Of a DNA stretch of 43,269 nucleotides, positions 37,021 to 43,269 are shown in pieces (position 1 is the first letter of the stretch; each line of letters starts with the position of its first letter). The stretch is taken from contig CAYSEM010000002.1 in NCBI GenBank assembly GCA_964430115.1, positions 1 through 43,269 of the forward strand. Direction: 5' to 3'. Under the pieces are notes generated by a model that did no database searches, was not told the origin of the DNA, and saw nothing but the letters and a program-made list of their open reading frames with translations. Both the position numbers and the translations under genes were made by a program. This DNA is from an uncultured Chloroflexota bacterium. GTDB lineage: Bacteria > Chloroflexota > Limnocylindria > Limnocylindrales > Limnocylindraceae.

Positions 37021-40000
37021 CGCCACGCGCGCCACGAGGCGCAGCGTCCGCTGGGAGTGCTTCAACGCAGAGTGATCAGATCCCTGTATGGACTGGAGTC
37101 TCGGTGCGCGCACCGCGGGCATTTGAAGAGGGGGTCAAACACCTTCTTGCCGATCTCAATGACGAACAGTACGCAGCGGTTACGCATGGCGAAGGGCCAC
37201 TCCTTGTCGTTGCTGGCGCTGGGACTGGGAAGACGCAGGTCATCACTCGACGAGTTGCATGGTTGATTGCCCAACAGCGCGCCGCGCCAGAAGAGATCCT
37301 TGCACTTACATTCACTGATCGTGCTGCAGAAGAGATGCAGGGGCGGGTGGATCGACTCGTTCCATACGGATATGCCACAACGCCAATCAAGACCTTTCAT
37401 GCCTGGGGCGATGAGCTGCTTCGCGAGAATGCCCACCGCCTCGGGATCTCTGGCGAGCTCCGCGTGCTCGGCCGCGCGGAAGTCGTGCTGCTGCTCCGTG
37501 AGCACCTCTTTGAACTAGGCCTCTCACGATTTGCCCCGCTCGGGGATCCGACACGATTCCTTGGTGACGTTGCTGGCTACATCTCGCGAGCAAAGGAAGA
37601 GGGGGTTGGTGCCGATCAGATCGACACGTTCGCTACAGATCTATGCGCGCGCGCAGAAATGCTAAGGGGTGAGACCGTTGAAGACGAGAAGGTTCGTCGA
37701 CAAGTCAACGCGCATGCGGATGCACTCCAGCGGCTCGGCGAGGAGCACGGCGAACTCGCCGCCGCATATCGTGCGTACCGCACCATCCTCGCGAGGAGTG
37801 GACTGCTCGACTTTGGCGATCAGGTGCTCTTAGCGTATGAACTTCTTCGCGACGATCCTCTTGTCGCGGCGCGCGTCCGCGAGCGCCACCGTTGGCTCCT
37901 CGTAGACGAGTATCAAGATACGAATCGGCTCCAAGGGGCACTCGTCGACCTGATCGCGCAGGGGAGTCGCAACCTGACCGCCGTTGGGGATGATGATCAG
38001 TCGATCTATCGATTCCGCGGTGCGGCCATTGAGAACATCCTCGGATTTGTGGATCGGTACCCTGACGCATCAAAGGTGGTGCTTACAAGGAATTACCGGA
38101 GCACGACCCCGATCCTCTCGGCGGCACGCCGCCTCATCCGATTCAACGACCCAGAGCGACTCGAGACAAAGCTCGGGATCTCCAAGGAGCTGCGCGCCGA
38201 GGTGGAGGGGTCTGCACCGCACCCTGTGGCGTTCCGACGATTCCGCACGACTGCCGATGAGGCTGACTGGATTGCGAGCGAGATCCGCAGTTCGGTTGCA
38301 TCGGGGCGGCTCCCCCGTGACCATGCGGTGCTGGTGCGCGCCAACGTAGATACCGCGGAGATCAGTCGCAGCCTGAACATGGCAGGGATCCCATGGCGTG
38401 CGAGCGGTGCGGCGGGCCTCTACGACCGACCGGAGGTGCGCCTCCTCCTTGCAGGGTTGCGGCATGCCGCAGATCCAGACGCATCAGCTCCGCTCTTCTT
38501 GATCGCTGCAGATCCGCGCTTCAAGGTGCCAGCAGGCACGCTTGCCGCTGCGGTTGGCAAGTCGCGGCGAGATCATCGCCCGCTGCGCGAGGCGCTGCAG
38601 GCAGTCGGTGCGATCAACCCCGATACGGTGCGGCTGCTCTCACGACTGAGTGACCTTGTGAAGGAGAGCGTGGAGAGAACAAGTGGCGAGGTGCTCTACC
38701 GCTGGTTGCGCGAGAGCGGTCTCCTGGCAGAGCTGACGCGTGAGGCAACCCCGGAAGCAGATGAGCAGATCCGAAACATTGGACGGCTCTTCGACGTGGT
38801 TCGCTCACGCAGTCGTCTGCTTGAACTCGATCGCGCACCCTTTCTCGTCCGCTACCTGGAAGAGCTCGGTGAGGCGGGTGACGATCCATCCGCCGCGGAT
38901 GTTGATCCAGATCTTGACGCCGTTGCCCTGTTGACCGTCCATCAGGCGAAAGGCCTCGAGTTTCCTGTGGTCTTTGTGGCGAACATGGTGGAGACACGCT
39001 TCCCTGCGCGCGGACGCCCGCCGCGCCTCGCCCTTGCGGCAGAGCTCGGCGGAAGCGATGAGATCGTGCCGCGCGACCCACGCGTACCAGAGACGCCAAC
39101 CGCGCTGGATGAAGAGGCCCTGCGGGAAGAGCGTCGCCTCGCCTACGTGGCGCTGACGCGCGCGCGCGAGCAGCTTTATCTCACCGCCTCGGAGCGAGCG
39201 ACGGGAGGTGTACGTCCTCGCAAGGTGAGCCGCTTCATCTCGGAGGCGCTCGACCTTGCCCGCACGCAACTTGAAGAGACAGCCTTTACTGGTGAGCGGA
39301 GCAGTGCGGTTGCCGCCCTTGAGGTGGCGGAACCTGCCGCACCCGTCCTTCCAGCGCGTGCGCCTGGTGCGGCAGAGCAGACTCCACTTACGCTGAGCTA
39401 CACCGCGATCGAAGCGTATCTCGCCTGCCCGCTGCGATATCACTATCAACAGCGGTTGCGAATTCCTCTTCCACCACATCACGCAGCAATTTATGGCTCT
39501 GCCCTACACGCGGCGGTGGCGGAGTTCCACCGCGGCCAGATGGCGGGAGCGGTCCCTGAGAGCGAGGCGCTCGTAGAGGCGCTGAACCGCAGTTGGCAGA
39601 GTGCGGGCTTCATCTCTCGCACGCATGAGGAGGCACGCTACGCCGCTGCGCTGAAGGTGCTTGAGCGATTTAGTGATGAGGAGCGTGCGAGTGGCACCAT
39701 ACCTGCGTACGTCGAGAAGGACTTTTCATTCGAGATCGGAGGACACAAGATCCGCGGCCGATGGGATCGCGTAGATGTCACGCCGCTTGCATCCGGCGAG
39801 CGCACGCGCGAGATCCCTGTCATTGAGATGAGCGACGAAACGCTCCGTCCCACGCTGCCGTTGAGCGACGAATGGGTTGTGATCTCCGACTACAAGAGCG
39901 GAGGGAAGGACGATGAAGAGGGGAACGCCACTCGCGCGCGAGACGCGCTGCAGTTGCAGATCTACGCGCTCGCCTGGCGTGCTGCCACGGGCCGACTTCC

Positions 40001-40217
40001 AGATGAGGTGAGCCTTCGCTTCCTCGATTCTGGGAAGACCGCCACCGTCCCCGTTGATCCGAAGCGCATTGCGAAGGCACGCGATCGCATCGTTGAAGCG
40101 GCGGAGGGGATTCAGTCGGGATCTATGGAGGCAAAACCCGACCGAATGAACTGCACGTACTGTGCGTATCGTGAGCTCTGCCCGTCGTCAAAGGCGCCGG
40201 CGAGTCGACCATCATGA
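37017..40217 (+). CDS. UvrD/PcrA-type superfamily 1 helicase fused to a C-terminal PD-(D/E)xK (RecB/Cas4-like) nuclease with a four-cysteine cluster
   Basis: Helicase motifs: VVAGAGTGKT, LLVDEYQDTN, VGDDDQSIYRFRGA, TRNYRS, TVHQAKGLEF, LAYVALTRAREQLYL. Nuclease motifs: GRWDRVD, VISDYKSG, QLQIYALAW. Cysteines: AYLACPLRY and NCTYCAYRELC (C...CxxCx5C). Confidence 0.9.
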   Translation: MTPRAPRGAASAGSASTQSDQIPVWTGVSVRAPRAFEEGVKHLLADLNDEQYAAVTHGEGPLLVVAGAGTGKTQVITRRVAWLIAQQRAAPEEILALTFTDRAAEEMQGRVDRLVPYGYATTPIKTFHAWGDELLRENAHRLGISGELRVLGRAEVVLLLREHLFELGLSRFAPLGDPTRFLGDVAGYISRAKEEGVGADQIDTFATDLCARAEMLRGETVEDEKVRRQVNAHADALQRLGEEHGELAAAYRAYRTILARSGLLDFGDQVLLAYELLRDDPLVAARVRERHRWLLVDEYQDTNRLQGALVDLIAQGSRNLTAVGDDDQSIYRFRGAAIENILGFVDRYPDASKVVLTRNYRSTTPILSAARRLIRFNDPERLETKLGISKELRAEVEGSAPHPVAFRRFRTTADEADWIASEIRSSVASGRLPRDHAVLVRANVDTAEISRSLNMAGIPWRASGAAGLYDRPEVRLLLAGLRHAADPDASAPLFLIAADPRFKVPAGTLAAAVGKSRRDHRPLREALQAVGAINPDTVRLLSRLSDLVKESVERTSGEVLYRWLRESGLLAELTREATPEADEQIRNIGRLFDVVRSRSRLLELDRAPFLVRYLEELGEAGDDPSAADVDPDLDAVALLTVHQAKGLEFPVVFVANMVETRFPARGRPPRLALAAELGGSDEIVPRDPRVPETPTALDEEALREERRLAYVALTRAREQLYLTASERATGGVRPRKVSRFISEALDLARTQLEETAFTGERSSAVAALEVAEPAAPVLPARAPGAAEQTPLTLSYTAIEAYLACPLRYHYQQRLRIPLPPHHAAIYGSALHAAVAEFHRGQMAGAVPESEALVEALNRSWQSAGFISRTHEEARYAAALKVLERFSDEERASGTIPAYVEKDFSFEIGGHKIRGRWDRVDVTPLASGERTREIPVIEMSDETLRPTLPLSDEWVVISDYKSGGKDDEEGNATRARDALQLQIYALAWRAATGRLPDEVSLRFLDSGKTATVPVDPKRIAKARDRIVEAAEGIQSGSMEAKPDRMNCTYCAYRELCPSSKAPASRPS

Positions 40218-40678
40218 CGCTGTGGGATCAGCAGGAGCGGGAGGCAGCCGCTCCACCACAGCAGAAAACTTCGCGCGCGGAAACCCCGCCGCGCATCCCC
40301 GTTGCGGATCAGCGACTGATCCGCCTTCTTGCCCTCGCTGCACTGCTCACCATCGCCGCCTCTGTTGCGGCGGCACTCAACATCGATCCGATCGGGGACC
40401 CAGTTGCTGGGCTCGGCGTCTCCCTCCTCTTCGGGCTCACGATCAGCTTCACGCTCGCCCCGATCCTGCTCATTGAGTCGTACCGACGTCACCCAGGACA
40501 GTGGAGAGGGCGGCGCGCGCGGGCACTTCGACGCAGCCTGATCGTCGGCGTGCTCGTCGGCGGCTACAGCGCCTTCCGGGTTGCAGGTCTCGGGAGCCCC
40601 ACCGGACTCCTGATCGGCGCCGCCCTTGCGGTTGTGATTGAGGCGGCGTTTACGCGAGCGGACAACGACGCGGTGTGA
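40214..40678 (+). CDS. Small polytopic membrane protein of unknown function
   Basis: ATGA-coupled to the helicase gene. About four hydrophobic helices after a polar N-terminus. Confidence 0.6.
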   Translation: MTLWDQQEREAAAPPQQKTSRAETPPRIPVADQRLIRLLALAALLTIAASVAAALNIDPIGDPVAGLGVSLLFGLTISFTLAPILLIESYRRHPGQWRGRRARALRRSLIVGVLVGGYSAFRVAGLGSPTGLLIGAALAVVIEAAFTRADNDAV

Positions 40679-40757
40679 CGCTCTGCGTGGGGTGTAGGAT
40701 GTCCACGCGCCCCGCTGGACGTAGGATCGAACCGGCGGCGCATGTCAGCAGTGGTGT

Positions 40758-41822
40758 GTGAACATGAGCGCAAACAAACCCCCTTTCTCTGAATCTATTG
40801 CCGCCCTCGGCTGGGGCGCAGCGCCAGAGGCGCGTGACCCAGACGATCGACCGTCGTACGTGGGTCCCGTCAGCTTCTCGCAGCTCCCATGGATTGAGGA
40901 TGCGAACGAGATCAAAAGGATGCAGGCGGATATTGCGATCATCGGCGCACCGTTTGATGACGCGGTAACCCACCGGCCAGGTACGCGCTTCGGCCCACGC
41001 GCGATTCGCGAAGCGCAGTATCAGACGGGTCTCCTGCACTCCCTCCAGGTTGGCGTTGATCCATTCCGTGTCCTGACCGCCGTTGATGCGGGCGATGCCG
41101 CGGTGGTTCCGGGTCGCGTGCAACACGGTCACGGAGAGATCTATCGAAAGGTGCGCGAAGTCGCTGCGACTGGCGCGATCCCAATTGTGCTGGGTGGAGA
41201 CCACTCCATCACCTGGCCGAATGCAACGGCGATTGCCGAGCTGCGATGGCCGAAGAGCATCGGCATCTTGCACTTTGATGCGCATGCGGACACATCGCCA
41301 GACGGATACGGATCGCTGCACAGCCACGGCTCACCGATGCGCCGACTGATTGAGTCCGGTGCCGTGCAGGGGAAGAACTTTGTTCAGGTTGGGCTCCGAG
41401 GTTACTTCCCAGACACTGAAACGCTCGATTGGATGAAGGGTCACGGGATGCGAACACACCTGATGACTGAGATTGAAGAGCGCGGGGCAGAGGCGGTCAT
41501 CCAGGATGCGATCGCAGAGGCACTCGATGGCCCAGATGCAATCTGGATCAGCGTGGACATAGACGTGGTTGATCCAGGTCTGGCTCCTGGAACGGGTACG
41601 CCAGAGCCGGGCGGGATGCTCACCCGCGAGCTGTTGCGTGCACTTCGTCAAATTGCAGCTCGCGTACCGATCGCGGGGATGGACATCTTGGAGGTCTCTC
41701 CACCGTACGACTGGGCAGAGTCAACGGCGATGATTGCGAATCGCGCGGCTCTCGAAGTGATCAGCTCGCTCGCTAAGCGGAAGGCAGCCGGCGAGACGAT
41801 TCGCTGGGAGCCTGGACGCTGA
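40758..41822 (+). CDS. speB: Ureohydrolase (arginase-family), agmatinase-like
   Basis: Mn-binding motifs GGDHSI, HFDAHADT and SVDIDVVDPGLAPGTGTPEPGG. The start may be the GTG at 40758 or the ATG at 40764. Confidence 0.85.
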   Translation: MNMSANKPPFSESIAALGWGAAPEARDPDDRPSYVGPVSFSQLPWIEDANEIKRMQADIAIIGAPFDDAVTHRPGTRFGPRAIREAQYQTGLLHSLQVGVDPFRVLTAVDAGDAAVVPGRVQHGHGEIYRKVREVAATGAIPIVLGGDHSITWPNATAIAELRWPKSIGILHFDAHADTSPDGYGSLHSHGSPMRRLIESGAVQGKNFVQVGLRGYFPDTETLDWMKGHGMRTHLMTEIEERGAEAVIQDAIAEALDGPDAIWISVDIDVVDPGLAPGTGTPEPGGMLTRELLRALRQIAARVPIAGMDILEVSPPYDWAESTAMIANRAALEVISSLAKRKAAGETIRWEPGR

Positions 41823-42562
41823 TTGCAGCGGCGAGGCGCCGACTCCTCAACGACGAGGGTGACCTCAACGCAGGTGCCCAAGAGGATCGTGCGCTTTGGC
41901 GCTCGCTCGCCGAGGCAACTCGCGGCACCATTGTTGAGTTCGGCTGTGGCGCTGGTCGGATCCTTGAGGCGCTCAACGTCCGTGATCGAAGCCTGATCGG
42001 TCTTGATCGCGACCCTGAGGCGATCGCCCTCGCTCGCGAACGCGTCCCTACCGCGCAGATCCTTGAGGTTGATCTGCTGCGCTGGGCACCACCCAAGAGC
42101 CTTGAGCGGAGCGCGGGACTTGTGATTGCTGGAGGCGACCTGCTCCCGCTCTTCCTCCGCGACGAAGAGTTGCGCCTCCTGATGAACCTTGCCGCGCAAC
42201 TCGTCGCACCAGGCGGCCTCTTCGCCATTGATGCCACTCGCATGGATCCGGCGCTTCTCCGCGAGGCGGCTGGGCGCGAGGAGTGGGGCGAGGATGTGCG
42301 CTGGCGCGCCGCGGACGGAAGTGAGATCCTGCGCGACTCACGACTCCTTCCAGATCCTCTCGGGCGCGAACGCGTCGCACAGCTCCAGATTCGGCACACG
42401 CTGCACGGCGAGGGCGGGTACGTTGATGAGCGCGAGCCGTTCCACGTGCGCGCGTGGAGTCCCGCCGAAGTAGAGGGGGCGGCGAGTGCGGCAGGGCTTC
42501 AGGTGGCCACGCGCCTAGAAGAGGATCGGATCCGCTGGCTGCTACGGTCTACGCATGCCTGA
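41819..42562 (+). CDS. Class I SAM-dependent methyltransferase; start codon non-canonical or lost
   Basis: SAM motif I IVEFGCGAGRILE, post-I LIGLDRDPEAIALARER, and LVAPGGLFAID. The frame is open from 41777, after a TAA at 41774-41776. There is no ATG/GTG/TTG before motif I. An in-frame CTG at 41819 overlaps the speB stop as CTGA. Confidence 0.65.
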   Translation: MIAAARRRLLNDEGDLNAGAQEDRALWRSLAEATRGTIVEFGCGAGRILEALNVRDRSLIGLDRDPEAIALARERVPTAQILEVDLLRWAPPKSLERSAGLVIAGGDLLPLFLRDEELRLLMNLAAQLVAPGGLFAIDATRMDPALLREAAGREEWGEDVRWRAADGSEILRDSRLLPDPLGRERVAQLQIRHTLHGEGGYVDEREPFHVRAWSPAEVEGAASAAGLQVATRLEEDRIRWLLRSTHA

Positions 42563-43269
42563 TGCACGACCGATCGGTTTTTTCGACTCTGGCGTGGGCG
42601 GGCTCACCGTCCTCCGCGCGTCACAGCAGCGGCTCCCAGGCGAGTCAACGATCTACATCGGCGATACCGCGCGTCATCCGTACGGCACGCGCACGGATGC
42701 AGAGGTGCTCCGATTCTCGGAAGAGCTCACCGATGCGCTCGTTGCGCGCAACGTGAAGGCGATCGTGATCGCATGCAACACGGCAACCTCCGTTGCGCTG
42801 AGTGCGCTCCGCCTCCGGCACCCCGAGATCCCGTTCATCGGCGTGGTACGGCCAGGTGCCGCCGCGGCAGCACTCGCCACCCGAACCGGCCGGATTGGCG
42901 TGATTGCGACGGAGGCGACCGTTCGCTCCGGTGCATACTTCACGGCGATCAAGGATCAGAATCCTGCGGTGCAGGTGGTGGCGCGCGCCGCATCTGAACT
43001 CGTGCCACTCATTGAGGCGGGAGACCTGGACGGCGCCGCGTTGCGTGACGCTGTCGAGGGCGTGATCGCGCCGTTTCGTGCTACGGGGGAAGCGCCGCGC
43101 ATCGACACGTTGCTACTTGGGTGCACGCACTTCCCACTCATACGAGGGATGATCGCGACCGAGCTTGGTGAAAGCATTGCGGTGGTCGACTCAGCTGCGG
43201 CCACTGCGACAACCCTGCAAGAGGTGATCTCGGTGAACCATCTTGACGCCCCAGGCTCAACGCGCGGCA
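42555..43269 (+). CDS. murI: Glutamate racemase (5' partial; runs off the window end)
   Basis: IGFFDSGVGGLTV, IACNTATS and LGCTHFPL motifs. I read the frame to the window end and found no stop. Absent from the ORF track because it has no stop in the window. Its ATG overlaps the upstream gene by 8 nt. Confidence 0.9.
   Translation, partial: MPDARPIGFFDSGVGGLTVLRASQQRLPGESTIYIGDTARHPYGTRTDAEVLRFSEELTDALVARNVKAIVIACNTATSVALSALRLRHPEIPFIGVVRPGAAAAALATRTGRIGVIATEATVRSGAYFTAIKDQNPAVQVVARAASELVPLIEAGDLDGAALRDAVEGVIAPFRATGEAPRIDTLLLGCTHFPLIRGMIATELGESIAVVDSAAATATTLQEVISVNHLDAPGSTRG

Noticed and set aside
40695-40727. Two TAGGAT hexamers (40695-40700 and 40722-40727) upstream of the agmatinase gene as a tandem promoter
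   Set aside because: They are plausible -10 elements. Neither has the fixed 6-7 nt spacing to a start codon, and without -35 or TSS data I cannot choose between them, so they are not annotated.
41777-41822. Programmed -1 frameshift fusing the agmatinase to the methyltransferase
   Set aside because: The frames are in the correct relationship for a -1 shift. However, the 45-nt overlap window contains no X-XXY-YYZ slippery heptamer and I see no obvious downstream structure.

Overview
This is a high-GC, densely packed bacterial chromosomal segment. Gene content and order look Actinobacteria/Thermoleophilia- or Chloroflexota-like, but I cannot place it more precisely from sequence alone. It is almost entirely core housekeeping. 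Genes I recognise: trxA, a B12-binding mutase subunit plus meaB, tRNA-Lys(CUU), carA-carB, an M16 peptidase pair, a rhomboid protease, a class II aldolase-family gene, a potADBC-type polyamine importer with a class III aminotransferase, mrp/apbC, tRNA-Leu(UAG), tig-clpP-clpX-valS, a UvrD-type helicase-nuclease, an agmatinase-family gene, a SAM methyltransferase and the 5' part of murI. I found no CRISPR array, transposase, integrase, prophage, rRNA or large non-coding gap; the largest intergenic region is about 144 nt. I see no clear-cut novel system here. The three best candidates for follow-up are these. (1) A tightly coupled block at 12270-19300: small membrane protein, M16 pair, truncated PfkB-like protein, TPR-rhomboid, unknown protein, MBL hydrolase, and a secretion-ATPase-like protein with a destroyed Walker A. 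(2) A putatively leaderless operon at 36520-40678: DUF4446 protein, UvrD helicase fused to a Cas4/AddB-like four-cysteine nuclease, and a small polytopic membrane protein. (3) A SAM methyltransferase at 41819-42562 with no ATG/GTG/TTG upstream of its SAM-binding motif, sitting where every other coupled gene pair has ATGA/GTGA but this one reads CTGA. At the genome-style level, eight gene starts carry a TANNNT hexamer exactly 6-7 nt upstream and no Shine-Dalgarno sequence, which points to widespread leaderless mRNAs. All functional calls rest on motif recognition by eye; no database search was run.
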